Program-made: the position numbers and the translations under genes | Shown here: in pieces, positions 13,801 to 27,952 of the stretch | Position numbering within the stretch: position 1 is the first letter of the stretch | How the letters are laid out: every line of letters starts with the position of its first letter | The notes under the pieces: model-generated | What the model saw: only the letters and a program-made list of their open reading frames with translations | The model's database searches: none | Told to the model about the DNA's origin: nothing | Assembly (NCBI GenBank): GCA_016748015.1 | Contig: JAAOMT010000647.1 | Span: 190,880-254,879, forward strand | Source: Geosiphon pyriformis uo1 | Taxonomy: Eukaryota > Fungi > Glomeromycota | Direction: 5' to 3' | Length of the DNA: 64,000 bases

Positions 13801-16800
13801 TTCATCACATTCAAAGATGCATGGGTGACAGTAGTATTCAGTTGCTGTCGTCCATTCTTTGTCTTTACTACAGCATGTGCCTATTGTTAACAATTTTTTA
13901 CCACAACTAACGCATACTAGTTTGGGTTGACAGTATTCTGTTTGTGGTGGCATAGAGTATGGAATATGAGCTGAATTGGTGCTTGGTGGTTGGTCGTCTT
14001 CCTTTTCTTTCTCTTTTCCCTTTTTTTCTCAGATTCACTTGGCAGTTGATTTGCTTAGTTTGTCCTTATTCCATGCTTCTAGGTTTGGCTTCCAGGTAAG
14101 TTCTTCTTCTTTCTTCTTTTCCTTGTCATTCTATGAGAGTATGGGTGGTACATTGTGATCAGCATTGGCCCAGGAGACTTGAAAAGCTTTCCAGATCAGC
14201 TTTTTTTCTTCCTCCAGCTTTATCAATGGTTCCTCTCTTGAAGAAACCTTGAAGTGGCCACACGTGGCTGGCACACGTGTGTGTTGACCATTGCCACTTA
14301 GTTGGAGCTCTTGCATTGTTCAGTTCAGAACAGTGTTGGTTTTGGACAGCCAGTTATTACCAATTAGAGCTTGGTATTGGGTGGCTTTCATCACCAAAAC
14401 TTTGATGAAAGTGATGATGCCATTAATTTCAAATGGAAAGTCATCTATCTTGCCAATTGGGGTTTTAGTCACTCCATCAGCAGTGATTATACAAGCACTA
14501 GCAGCCCAATCAACTCGGCAACCTAATTGGTCCATGAGTTGTTGTGTGATGATGCTGCCTGCTGAACTGCTATCAAGGATGAGTTTGATCAGATGTCCAT
14601 CTACTTTCACATCAGTGTACATCACTGTGATGGGTTTTTCCTTGAGAGTGGCTCCACTGAATAATGGTAATCAGGATTGTCCCTCCAGTTCAAAAGGAAA
14701 AATGGCTGCTAATAATTCGTCATTGGTGACCGTTGCTGGTGGAATGTTGTTAGTAAGTGTTGTCTGTTGGTTTGATTCCAAGTTGCTAGATGTGGCGTCT
14801 TCTGGAGTAATCAGAAAACTTAAATAATTTTGGGAATTCGGGTGTTGGGTGGTACTGGTATCTGAATTCTGAGAACAGAATCCTGAGCTTTAGTGAGAGG
14901 AACTAGGAATCATTTGATGAACAACCATCACCAATCTCCAATTTTGAGCAATTCTGGGTCTCAGGTTTCTTGATGTCATCATAGCTGAGTTTTGGAGTGG
15001 TGTTTGGATTGATAATTGAGACTGATAAATTATTTGGGGCTGTGGCTGATAAATCACTGGAGGCTACTGTCAATAAATTGCTGGTGGCTGCAGTTGATAA
15101 ACTGGGGTTTGATCTACTGGCGGTTGATAGATTGGTTGCTGCGTCATTGGCAGGTAAGTATTTTGATATTGGTCTTGATCTTGATTTGGATAATGATTTG
15201 GAGTTTGGAACCAGCGATCGGGGTTTTTGTATTGATTTCCTAATCATTGGTTGCTATAAGTATGGCAATTAACTCGAATATGGCCTTGTTTACCACAGTT
15301 TTGGTAGACACGTGTTTCTGGCTGTCATGGTGAACTAGGTGCTGTTGAGGATGATGAACATGATTGATTTTGAAAATGATTCATGTTTTCTGAATTATGG
15401 CGTCATTGTGGTGTTTGATATATGGCATGATTGTCAGCTAAGTATCCTTTCAATCTCTTATTAATTGATTTACTGAACTTCTCCAATTTGGAATCCAATT
15501 CAGATGATCTGTTTATTACTAGATTAACAGCTTGGACATGGTTAGTCTCTGACTCAGCAGATTCAAAATCTCTGGCATGTGTAACTGCATCTTGAAGGGT
15601 GCCTGGGTGCAATGGATGTACATGTTGCAAGATGCTGCTGTGCAGGCCACGGATAAACTGATTGAGTATCTGTGATGCTGTGAAATAGTTGGTGTCAATT
15701 GCTTGAATTTGACGCAGATTTTGATAGAAGCATCTCAGATAAGTGGTGACGGCTTCCGTTTCTTCTTGTTTCATGGTAGTGAACATGTTGATTAGGCAAT
15801 TGATACTGTTATTGTTGCTGAAGTATCTTAGGAATTCCACCTTGAAGGCATTGAAATCTTGTGATTTATTAATCAAACTCTGGTACCATGAATTGGCAGT
15901 ATTTTTGAGAAAGTAGAGAATAGCTTGTATTGCACGAGCGTCATTTCATCTGTTGGCTGTGATGGCCTTTTCTATATCATTCAGTCATACTTGAGCATCG
16001 TCCTCTTTGCCGGTAAAGTTGTCAAGTCTTGCAATTGGCACATAGGCCATTGGATCTAAGTTGAATGGTTGTGGTGGCTGTTGCTGAAGTTGTTGAAAAG
16101 ATAATGGTTGTTGGGGTGATACTTAAGGTGGTTAAATTGGCTCACCAATTGGCTCAATTGGTGGTTGATTAATGATGATAACTGGAGGTAGGTTTTGCTG
16201 ATGAATTAACTCAGGGTTTTGATTTCTTTGATTTGGCAGGGTTCGAATATTTGGAGTTTCGATTTCCAAATTTTCTAAATGTTGTTGAGTTTGAATGTTT
16301 GGGTTTTCTAGGATTGGGTTTTGGTAATTAAATTTCTGATCCTCGTCTTTTTCTTCTTCTGATTCAGTAATTTCTCAGGAACTGATGGTTCCAAAATCTG
16401 GCTGATGAGGTGGTGATCGAAATCCTGATGGTGTTGGCAATTTTGATTTAAATCCTTCAAAATAATTGCCATATGCTTCTAATAGTTTGTTTTTCTTTTG
16501 TTTACTCTAAAACATGATTCTTGCTAGTGGTGTCTTTGTACTGGTAGATGCATCTGCTGATGCGATGTTGATGGTACTTCTGGGCGTGTAATAGTATGAT
16601 GGATATATCAAAGATTTGATTCTTTGTTTCTTTCAGTTAGGAACTTGTATTCCTTTGGGTGTTACTGCTGGTGTTTGTAGTTTTCCTTTGCTCTTGTCCT
16701 AATAAGTAATAGAGAATGTCTTTTGTGTATATCTTTCAATTTCTTGGTTGATTTCTCTGATAATAGGTGTAAAGCTGTGATTTCTTGGTAAGTTGGTGTG

Positions 16801-17040
16801 TTGGATTAGTTCCGAATAGAAATTTTCTCTTGCTAATTCAATGTCAACTGGTCTTCCTAGGAAATTGGTGATTCTTTTGTTGACGTAGAAGTTGAAAGCT
16901 GATTCTGCTGGGTAATGGTTGTTGTTTTGGCCTAACTGCTGGCTGTACTGTTGAAATAAGAATTTTGCGAATCCTAAATGGTTTGTCCCTATTATTTCTG
17001 ATTCTGCTACTTTTGGTTTGGTGTTGTTAGTGCTGGTTCT
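10801..17040 (-). pseudogene. Element C ORF1 gag-PR-Cys-rich-dUTPase-RT-RNaseH
   Basis: ORF fragments 15403-15876 (capsid), 14320-14625 (protease), 13318-13668 (Cys-rich), 12577-12816 (dUTPase), 11842-12036 and 11260-11541 (RT). Confidence 0.9.
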
Positions 17041-17072
17041 CTGTAAGATTATACCTCACAGGAAGCACCAAA

Positions 17073-17911
17073 TGTTATAGGTGATTATTTCTGCTGTTGA
17101 ATTAAATAACAAACCCGTAACTTGGTGCTCAAAAGCTACTTCTGTTGATAATATTCTGTAAGTGTTGTATCTGAAAGGTTTTGATGGAGTCTTTTGTATA
17201 ATAGACAGAGATTCAATAGTTGTTTTATCCATAGCTTCCCAGACTCACAAGTCTGTCAATTTTTTTCTTGGCTTGGTGGCCGGCAATCCTCTGGTAAGTA
17301 ATCCATATCTTCTGTATGTGTCCTACCCACTCACAGGAGTCTTTTACCAGGCAATCCTTGACATCAGTAATCAGCGCTTTTAATTAATTGGTTAGTACCC
17401 AATACAAAATCATAGAAAATAAAGAAAATAAAAAAATCTAAAGAAATAAGCCAAGGCGATTTGCAAATTAGTATCCCATCAATAGCCATGATCAAGAGCT
17501 ATTGTTCCAGCGTGGTTTTAAGTATCAATTACTATCAACATGAAGTGCTAATAGTGAGGAGTAGATTGAGATATAAAATAATTATTTATTTGAGAATTGT
17601 GTTTCTGAGTTAAGGATTCTGTCATATCGATTCTGTTTTTTCTGTTTCTAATATTACTACTATATATACATAATTGAGATTTCTCAATTCCTCAATTCTT
17701 CATGACAGGAATTCTGAAATTCCTGGAATCCTGTAATTCCTTTGAGAGAAATTCTGGAATTCTGGAATCCTGCAATTCTTCATTGGAGAATCCTCAAATT
17801 TCTGGAATTTTGCAATTCCTGAAAGGAATCCTGGAATTCCACATTTACTATGCCTACTTCTGATTGGCTAATAATTATGCTAATATATTTCCTATATTTC
17901 TATGAGTAACA
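17073..17911 (-). repeat. 5' LTR of element C (U3 type beta)
   Basis: Followed on the minus strand by PBS TTTGGTGCTTCCTGTGAGG (17054-17072). Confidence 0.93.
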
Positions 17912-18830
17912 ACAGCTTATGGAAATTGTTTATACCAGACTGCTATGGAAATCAGTAATTGTGTACTTGGATGACACCAATGTGTTCTCAAAATCATTTG
18001 ATGATCATCTGCATTATTTCCAACAAGTATTTGAAAGACTCAAAAGAGCCGGATTGAAACTAAATACAACTAAGTATTTCTTTGAAAAAACTGAACTCAA
18101 GTTTTTGGGACATGTTGTAAACAAAGATAGTATTAAAACAGATCCAGATAAGATTGCAATAGTAAAGAACTTTCTAGTACCAACCAATTTGACAGAATTA
18201 AGAGCATTTTTGGGATTTGCAGGCAATTATCAATGTTTTATCAAGGAGTTTTCTAAACTGGCTCAGCCACTTCATCATTTACAAACTAAGAATGTCAAGT
18301 ATGAATGAACAGAAGCTCAAAAAAAAGCATTCAATATACTGAGACAAAAGCTTATTCAAGCTGCAGTGTTGATGTATTCAGATCACAGCAAACTATTCAT
18401 TATCATCACCGATGCATCAAGTCAAGCATTGGGGGCAGTACTATCACAAAAAGGACCAGATGAAAGAAAGCATCCAGTAGCTTATGTCAATAGAAGCTTA
18501 AGTCCAGTTGAAAAAAACTATGAAACTCCAGCACTGGAACACTTAGCCATCTATTGGGCTATTACCAAATGGAAAAAATACTTGAGTTAAAAGTTTGATA
18601 TATATACTGATTACAAAGAATCAACTTCAATCTAAAAGCAAAAATTTGGAGACGATCATCATACAAGATAGAAAATAGCACTATCACCATATACATTTAC
18701 AGTACATTATAAAAAGGGAAAAGACAATAGAAATGCTGATAGTTTGTCGTAAATGAGACAAATCTAGAATGTTTTAACTCAAAAATATAACAAAAGACTC
18801 AAATAATTAAAGACAAAAATATAACAAAAG

Positions 18831-20213
18831 ATAAACACACAAAAATACTAACAACTCTAGCATTATATAAATACTCAATTATTCAAAGAGAAATTATCTC
18901 AAAAAAAACAAAATAACATAAAACAGCAATTAAAATATTTTATCAACCACCAAAATATACTTTACTGGAAAAACAGAAAGAATTCAGATAAACCAACCAG
19001 AGTAATCACAGAACCAGAAAAAGAGACAATATTATTTAACATGCACTCAGATCCAACAGCAGGACATTTTCATAAAGAAACAACCATGAAAAAAACCAAA
19101 AAAAGATACTATTGGCCATCAATGTATCTAGACATCATCTAATATGTTCAGAATTGTGATGTTTGTCAGAGAAAAAGAAGAACAAGACTAAATGAACCAT
19201 TAAGACCAATCAAAGTGGGACAACCATTTGATCGAATTGGAATTGACTTAGTCAGACCATTAACAGTTATCAGCAGAGACAACAGATATATTGCAGTAGC
19301 CATAGACTATTTTACTAAATGGCCAGAAGCAAAAGCCATTCAAAGAGCAAATGCAGAATCAGTGGCCAAATTTGTTTACCAAAATTTAATCTGTCAATAT
19401 GGATGTTCAAAAAAATTATTATCAGATCAAGGAACTTATTTTGTGAATAGAACATTAGCAAAATTAAGTCAAAGATTTGGAATCAAAAGACCATTATCAT
19501 TGTCATACCATCCACAAATGAATAGATTAGTTAAAAGATTTAACAGAACATTGTGTGAAGCAATTGCCAAGATCAGTTAAAAAAACCAGGATGAATGGAA
19601 TTTGTTTATACCATCAGTACTATTTGTTTATCGAACAATAAAACAAGATACCACACAAGCAACACTATTTGAATTGGTATACAGTAGAACAGCAACATTA
19701 TCAGTTGAGATAGAAGTCAACACTTATTCAACAGAACCAATAACTAAAGACAATTTTCAGAAAACATTGTTGAGAAAAACATATGACTTAATGGAAACAC
19801 TAAAAAACAAATGGCAAAAAGCAGTTAATAACATTCAAAAGTCACAAGAGAAACAAAAAGAAAGACACAATAACCAACTATCAGATAAACCAATTAAATT
19901 CAAGATTGGAGACAAAGTACTTTTATATTATACTAAAGCAGAAAAACAATAAAGTGGAAAATTTGATCCCAAATGGGATGGACTATTTCACATAGAAGAA
20001 ATTCTTGGAAATAGAGCTTATAAATTAAGATGGGACAACAAAATTTTAGCCAAAGCAGCACATGATGATCAACTGAAACCATATCACCATATAGTATTAC
20101 CATTCACTAGTAATATTCCACAATTAAGAGTACAGAGAATACTAGTCCAACCAGATGAAATTTCATAAGACCTGAAACCAATCATAATCATTAAACCAGA
20201 CACGTAAAATTGA
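18831..20213 (+). pseudogene. Element B ORF2 integrase
   Basis: MHSDPTAGHF, GIDLVRP, SDQGTYF, KWDGLF. Length 1383 nt; start codon mutated to ATA. Confidence 0.88.
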
Positions 20214-20772
20214 ACAATAAAAAGAGTATATAAAAGACACAATATACGTGACAAAAGCAAACAAGAAAAATAGAAATACCAGATCATATTTACATCATAG
20301 CTCAACAATTATTCCAGGCCTTAAGTTAACAATCTTTAAACATAAAAATTATTGTTAACAACCAAACAATTTGCTATCAAAACACCAAAAAAAAGACAAA
20401 AAATACACCATATCAATATTTACCAAAGAATGATAAAAACTGGTTAGATAACATAATAGAAAAAGTAAAGAACACTTTTGGAAAAATATCTATTATGGTG
20501 CCAACAGAAGAACTTACAAAAGAGAATTAGAAGCAATAGACAGAACAACTTCCAATATCATACTGCTACTACCAATTAAGTCGAAAGTTGAATATTTGGG
20601 AGTTGTATATTGACAAATCCAAGAGAATATTCAACCAAAACATAATACAACAAATTGAAAAATTTATCGGAAAGAAAATGACACTACATGTGAGAACAAT
20701 TTACCATCTACACAGCATATTTCAGAACTATCCAAAATTACTGTTACATTCCAACATGGAAACCATAACTAT

Positions 20773-21658
20773 TGTTACTCATAAAAATATAGGAAATATA
20801 TTAGCATGATTATTAGCCAATCAGAAGTAGGCGTAGTAAATGTGGAATTTCAGGATTCCTCTTAGAAATTGCAGGATTCCAGGAATTTTAGAATTCCCTG
20901 ACGAGGAATTACAGGATTCCAGAATTCCAGGATTCCTCTCAAAAGAATCGCAGAATTCCAGGAATTTCAGGATTCCTGTCATGAAGAATCGAGGAATTGA
21001 GGAATCTCAATTATGTATATATAGCAGTAGTGTTAGAAACAGAAAAAACAGAATTGATACGACAGAATCCTTAGCCCAGAAACACAATTATCAAATAAAT
21101 AATGATTTCATATCTCAATCCACTCCTCACTATCAACACTTCATGTTGATAGTAATTGATACTTAACCATGCTAAAACAATAGCTCTTGATCATGGCTAT
21201 TGACAGGATACTAATCTGCAAATCACCTTGGCTTATTTTTTTTATTTCATTTTCTTTTCTTTCTTTTCTTTTCTTTTTTTTCTTTGTGTTGTTTTGTTGT
21301 TGTATACTAATTGATTAAAAGATTAAGCACTGAGTTATTAATGTCAAGAATAGCCTGGTAAAAGACCCAGAAATAAGGGTAGAATTTTATATATTATCAG
21401 ATAACTTACCAGAAAGGCACAACTGCCAGACTAAATCTGGCCACCATGCTGAGAAAAAAATTGGAAAAACTCTTGGAAAGATACATCTACTATCGACACT
21501 ATTGAATCTCTGTTTATTATACAAAGAACTTAACCCAAAACCTTCAGATATCAAAACCTTCAGATTACCAATACCAATATCCACATTAAGATAGCTTTTG
21601 GAGCACCAAGTTACAGGTTTGTTATTTAATTTCACAGCAGAAATAATCACCTGTAACA
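20773..21658 (+). repeat. 5' LTR of element D (CCAAT box AGCCAATCAG ~20815, GGAATTCC-type repeat array 20844-21005, TATA ~21016)
   Basis: TGTTAC..GTAACA termini; motifs seen directly. Confidence 0.93.
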
Positions 21659-21690
21659 TTTGGTGCTTCCTGTGAGGTATAATCCTACAG

Positions 21691-24600
21691 AGAACCAGCA
21701 CCAACAATACCAAACCAAAAGTGACAGAATCAGAAAATATAGGAGCAAACCATTTAGAATTCACAAAATTCTTATTTCAACACTATTGTCAATACTTGGG
21801 ATTAAACCACAATCATATATCCACCGAATCAGTTTTCAATTTCTACATCAATGAAAAGATTTCCTTTTTATTAGGAACACCAGTGAATACTGAATCAGCA
21901 AGAGAAACTTTCTATAGGGAATTAATTCAAAACACCAACCTACCAACAAATCATAATTTTGCATCCATCATCACTAAGAACAACAAAGAAATTGAACATC
22001 ACACTCAACAAAAATATCCAATTACATATGCTAGTAAAGGCAAGGGAAAATTACAAACACCAGCAGTAACACCCATAAAAATATAGCCACTTACTTAGAA
22101 GAAAAACAGAGTTGAATCCCCAAGCAACCCATCTACCACTATACACCTGGAAGCACCATCAACATATTATCAACAGATGCATTCTCATCAACTGTCACAT
22201 CAGTATTTAGACGATTCTCATTCCAAAGTAGACAAAGAGAGGAATTTAATTTGCGATCATCAACCCCATCAGGACTTCAATCACTACCACCTCCACCAGA
22301 TTTCGGAATCTTTGATCTGTGGGAAGCAGCGGAATCAGAAAAAGAGGAAGAAGAATCAGAGGATCAAGAATTCACTTATCAGCACCCGATCATTGAAAAC
22401 CCAGAAGTTGAAACCCCAAATTTTCAAACTCAGCAAAATCCAGATCTAGAAAATTAGGAAATCGAAACTCTGAATCATCAAAGGCAGAACAATCCAAACC
22501 CCAAATTAATTAATCAGCAAAACTTACTTCCAGTAATTGTCATTGATCAACTGCCAATTAATCCTATAGCCGAACTCATACAGCAGCCACTTCAACTACC
22601 ACCTCAACAACCAGTACAACAACAACTGTTTCAACAGCCACCACAACTACCTAACTTAGATCCAATGGCCTACACACCAATCACAAAACTTGACAACTTT
22701 ACTGGTGAAGAGGATGACACTCAAGTATGGCTGAATGATGTAGAAAAAGCCATCGCAACCAACAGATAAAATGATGCCTAAGCAATGCAAGCCATTCCCT
22801 ACTTTCTCAAGGATACTGCCGATTCATGGTACCAGAGCTTAATTAATAAACCACAAGATTTCAATGCCTTCAAAATGGAATTCCTAAGATACTTCAGCAA
22901 CAATAACAGTATCAATTGCCTAGTCAACACATTCACCACCATAAAACAAGGAGAAACAGAAGCCATCACCACTTACTTAGGACGCTTCCATTGAAATCTG
23001 TGCCAAATTCAAGCAATTGACGCCAACTATTTCACAGCACCACAGATACTCAATTATTTTATCCATGGCCTGTGCAGCAGCATCTTGCAACATGTATGTT
23101 CGTTGCATCCAGGCATCCTACAAGACGCAGTTACACACACTAGAGATTTTGAATCCATTGAGTCAGAGGTTAACCATGCCCAAGCCATTAATCTAGTAAT
23201 GAATGGATCATCTGAATTGGATTCCAAATTGGAGAAGTTTAGTAAATCAATTAATAAGAGATTGGAAGAATACTTAGCTGACAATCATGCCATTTATCAG
23301 TCTCCACAATGACACAATAATCAAAAAAACTCTAATCGTGCCCAAAATCAACCACGTTCATCTTCATCAACCAATTAAAAGTGGCAACAGGAAATGCGTA
23401 TCTGCCACTATTGTGGTAAACAAGAACATATCCAAATTGACTGTTGCCAGTGTTTAAATAACCAATGATCAGGAAATCAATAACAAAATCCCATTGCTGG
23501 TTTCAAACTCTGAATCAGTACCCAAATCAAAACCAATCCGCTTACCTACCAGTGACGTAGTCATCAGTCTATCAGTCTCTGGTGTATCAAGCTCCAATTT
23601 ATCAACCACAGCCACAAGTGATTTATCAACAACTGCAGCCACAAATAATTTATCAGTCTCAACCATCAATTCAAACACCACTCCAAAATTCAGCTACGAT
23701 GACATCAAGAAACCCAAGACCCAGAATTGCTCAAAATTGGAGATCAGCGATGATTGTTCATCAACCGATCCCCAGTTCCTCTCACCAAAGCTCAGAATTT
23801 CATTCTCGGAATTCGGGTACTGGCACCACCCAACACCCAAATTCCCAAAATTATTTAAGTCTCCTGGTTACTCCAGAAGACGCCACATTTAGCAACTTAG
23901 AATCAGACTAACAGACAACACTTACCAACAACATCTTACCAACAATGGTCACTAATAACAAATTATTAGCAGCCATCTTCTTTTTTGAACTGGAGGAACC
24001 ATCCTGATTACCATTATTCAGTGGAGCCGCCCTCAAAGAAAGATCCATCGCAGTGATGTACACTGATGCGAAAGTAGATAAACATCCAATCAAACTCATT
24101 CTTGATAGCAGTTCAGCAGGCAGCATCATCATGTGACAACTTATAGACCAATTAGGTCACCAAGTTGATTGGGCTGCTAGTGCTCATATAATCACTGCTA
24201 ACGGAGCGACTAAAACCCCAATTGGTGAGATAGATAACTTTCTATTTGAAGTCAATGGCATCATCACTCCTATCAAAGTCTTGGTGATGGAAGCCCCCCA
24301 ATATCAAGCTCTAGTTGGTAATGACTGGCTGTTCAAAACCAACATTATTCTGGACTGGATGATACAAAAGCTCCAACTAAGTGACAATGGTCAACACACA
24401 TATGTGCCAACTATGTGTGGCCACTTCAAGGTTCCTTTAAGAGAAAAACCATTGATAGAGCTGGAGGAAGAAAAGAAGCCTATCTGGAAAGCTTTTCAAG
24501 TCACTTGGACCAATGCTAATCACAATGAACTACCACCCATACTCTCATAGAATAACAAGGGAAAAAAGAAAGAAGAAGAACTTACCTGGAAGCCAAACCT

Positions 24601-27600
24601 AGAAGCATGGAGTGAGGATGAACTAAGTAAATCAACCACCAAGTGGACCTGGGAAGAAAAGTGAAAAGGGAAAAAAAAAGAAGACGACCAACCACCAAGC
24701 ACTAATTCAGCTCATATCCCATACTCTACACTGCCACAAACAGGATACTATCGACCCAAACTGGTATGTGTCAGTTGTAGTAAGAAATTGTCAACAATGG
24801 GCGCATGCTGTAGTAAGGACGAAGAATAGACAACAGCAACTGAATACTACTGTCGCCCATGCATCCTTGAATGTGATGGACAACTGCCAAAAATGGGAAA
24901 ATGGGACGGTATCTTGTGTCTAGCCTGTGGAAAGACTCTTTTGGATGAAGAAATGTGGAAAAACATTCCTGGAAGAGGGGAAGCATACAACAAAACATGC
25001 TAATACACGATCCTAATCAATGACTGGATATGAAAGGGAACTCCAATCAACAACGCCTGGAAGCAAACATTAAGGCGCCTAGAAGGATACCCACACAACA
25101 AAGATGAGATCTGGAGAATGGCATATGTTATGTCTGAAGGTGCTACAACAGAGAAGCTAAGAGAAATTAAGGACAACCCACTATCATTGCCAAAACCAGA
25201 ATACATCCAAATGTTTGACATCTTTGGCAACATTAAGGATGACCCAGAAGAGTTTCACGAACACTACCAGCGACTAGCATCCACAAGAAAAGAACAAGAA
25301 GAACATTTAGCACAGCTAAACACTCAATTATGTGACCACTGTTTGATTCTATGTGACTTCCAATATTGTAATGAGTGTAACCTTATCTATAATCCACCAC
25401 AATGCATAATCTACATGATTCCCAAAGAGAAAGAACCAATCAGCAGCTGCACATCAGAATTGGAATCACTGCTCAATTCTGATTCAAATTCTGACAATAA
25501 TGATAACAACAATGGTTTAAGCTCTGTTCAAAATAGCAATGACAATGACAATGATTCCAACTCAGATCCAAACTCCAATACAAACTATGAACAATATATT
25601 GTACTACCAAATCTTTTTAAGGAGCAGAAGTTGAATTGGTATAGTGACAAGAGGGAAGGTATCATGTCAGAACACACACATGATACTGATGCAGGGTTTG
25701 ATCTGAGATACCCAAAAAAAGATGCCATCAAATTAGAACCACATTCACACACCTGCATTGATCTGAAAGTAGCACTAGAAATTCTAACAACAACAATGGT
25801 TCAATTAGCATCTAGAAGTAGTTTAGCGAAAAGAGAGATTAATATAAGAGGAGGAATAATTGACATGGGATATGTAGAAAATATCATCACTATGCTACAA
25901 AATGACTCAGAAAAGACCTATATAATAGAACCCAACAAAAAGATAGCACAGACAATATTCTTGCCTCTGGTTAGAGTAGCTCAGTTAGTATCAGTAGGAA
26001 AGAAGGAGGAATTAGGAATAACAACAAGAGAAATACAGGGATTCGGGTCAACAGGTAGAATAGATGTACCAGTTAATATGGTGGAGAAAGAAATTATTGG
26101 CCAAGGAGAAATTATCTCAACCGGTCAAGCTATTTTCATTCCATTATATAGTCAGTACATACTAGCAATAGGAAGGAAAAAAAAGGAGCAAGGACAGATT
26201 TTTGAAGCTGAAGCAAACCTTTGTAAATCAGGAGAGATTGGGTTGATCAATCTCCACATACCAGCCAAAAGCTATAGTAGCATAAAAATTCTCATCTACA
26301 ACAATACTGGCAATGTCATCAACATACCAGAAGGAACCACCATCGGATATTTAACCACAGAAATAGAAGACCAACCACCAAATCCCATTCCAGACTTTCC
26401 ACAACTTTGTGAATATGTTGATATTACATTACAAACAATTTATGGATGAGACAAATGTTATTTGCTTCAACCAGAACAATTGGAACAAATGAACATGGGA
26501 AACTTAGATCCACTCCAATGTATGCAGCTCAAGATGTTACTCAACAATTTCAATGACATCTTTGCCAGCGAAAATGAGTTTGGCTGAACTGACATCATCT
26601 AGCATCAGATCAAAACTGGAGATGCAATGCCAATTAAACAAAAAGCATACAGAGTACCGCCAGCCAGCCACAAGATCATTTGTCAAGAGATAAACAGAAT
26701 GCTTAACAATGGGCTAATTCAACCATCAATGAGCCCATGGTTATCACCAGTAGTACTCATCTGTAAAAAGAATAGAAAAATCCAATTTTGTGTAGACTAC
26801 AGAAAACTCAATAGTGTAACTCGTGGAGACAGTTATCCAACTCCACAAATACAGGAATTATTTGATGCTTTTGGTGGGAACAAATGATTCTCAACATTAG
26901 ATTTGGACAGTGATTACTGGCAAGTAGCTATGAATCTGGTTGACAAAAAGAAGATGGCATTTACTACTAAAAAAGAGAATTTTGAATTTGAAGTGATGCC
27001 ATTTGACTTAACCAATGCTCCAGCAACTTTCTAATGGCTAATGAAAATCATTTATATTGACTTATTGTGGAAATCAGTAGTTGTATACTTGAACAACACC
27101 AATGTATTCTCAAAAATGTTTGATAATTATCTTCATTATCTTCAACAAGTGTTCAAAAGACTAAGAAGAGCAGGACTAAAATTAAATACAACAAAGTGCT
27201 TCTTTGGCAAAACAGAACTAAAATTCTTGGGACACATAGTCAGCAAAAATGGCATCAAAACGGATCCGGAGAAAATAGAGATAATAAAGAACTTTCAAGT
27301 ACTGACCAATATGACAGAACTGAAATCATTCTTGGGATTTGCCAGCTACTATCAACATTTTATCAAGAACTTCTCCAAGATAGTGCAGCCACTCAACCAA
27401 CTGCAAAACAAAAATACAAAATATGAATGGACAGAAAGTCAACAAAAAGCTTTTGATATTCTGAAAAAAAAGCTCATCCAAACTCCAGTACTGATCTATC
27501 CAGATCACAGCAAACTATTCATCATTACCACTGATGCATCCAGCCAAGCATTAGGAGCAGTACTATTTCAGAGAAGACCAGACGGCAGAGAACATCCAGT

Positions 27601-27889
27601 AGCATATGCCAGCAGAGGTTTAACACCAGCCAAAAAGAACTATGGAACACTGGAACAAGAACACTTAGCAATATACTGAGCAGTCATAAAATAGAAAAAA
27701 TACTTGAACCAGAAATTTGAGGTGTACACAGATCACAAAGGATTAACATCACTTCAAAAACAAGAATTTGGAGATGGAAGACAGTCAAGATAGAAAATGA
27801 CACTTGCACCATACAATTATACTATACATTATAAAAAAGAAAAAGACAATAGAAATACGGATGGTTTATTGTGAATGAGACAAATCTAA
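21691..27889 (+). pseudogene. Element D ORF1 gag-PR-Cys-rich-dUTPase-RT-RNaseH
   Basis: Capsid 22665-23312, Zn knuckle CHYCGKQEHIQIDC, protease LILDSSSAG, 443-aa ORF 25118-26449 with dUTPase, RT/RH 26627-27889. Confidence 0.92.
25660..26060 (+). pseudogene. dut: dUTPase domain within ORF1 of D (homologues in A, B, C, F and H)
   Basis: All five trimeric-dUTPase motifs in order: DAGFDL, ASRSSLA, GIIDMGY, KIAQ, REIQGFGSTG. Confidence 0.93.
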
Positions 27890-27952
27890 GAACATTTCAA
27901 CCCAAAAACATAACAAAACCAGAACAATACCAATGGAAAAATACAACAAAAG

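Larger units (their letters stand above)
7820..17911 (-). mobile_element. Ty3/Gypsy family-1 element C, full length (10.1 kb), inserted in RT of B
   Basis: LTRs 17073-17911 (5') and 7820-8657 (3'), PBS 17054-17072, PPT 8658-8672. Flanks AAGG/ACAG (inferred TSD ACGG). Host RT FQR|LMEI is rejoined. Confidence 0.93.
1172..18767 (+). pseudogene. Element B ORF1 gag-PR-Cys-rich-dUTPase-RT-RNaseH (segments 1172-2055, 3304-7819, 17912-18767)
   Basis: Capsid (KLEKFT..WLNDV), Zn knuckle CYNCGKQDHIxANC, protease LILDSGSAG, dUTPase (RFDLRYP, FRSSLA, IIDAEY), RT YLDD (~17943), RH ITDAS/GAVL. Many stops. Confidence 0.88.

Noticed and set aside
14291-14827. Long antisense ORFs over gag/protease (also 4158-4493, 41578-41901)
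   Set aside because: Shadow frames of the coding strand; boundaries are not conserved between copies.
20840-21166. LTR ORFs (also 3207-3578, 45773-46018, 54500-54745, 58162-58347)
   Set aside because: Translations of U3 repeats, antisense LTR sequence or LTR-gag chimeras, with no conserved protein features.
23494-23892. Ser/Thr-rich overlapping ORF (also 14903-15247) suggesting a gag/pol frameshift
   Set aside because: In F, gag runs in one frame through the QPIYQP repeats into the protease. The alternate frame is open because of CAA/CCA codon bias.
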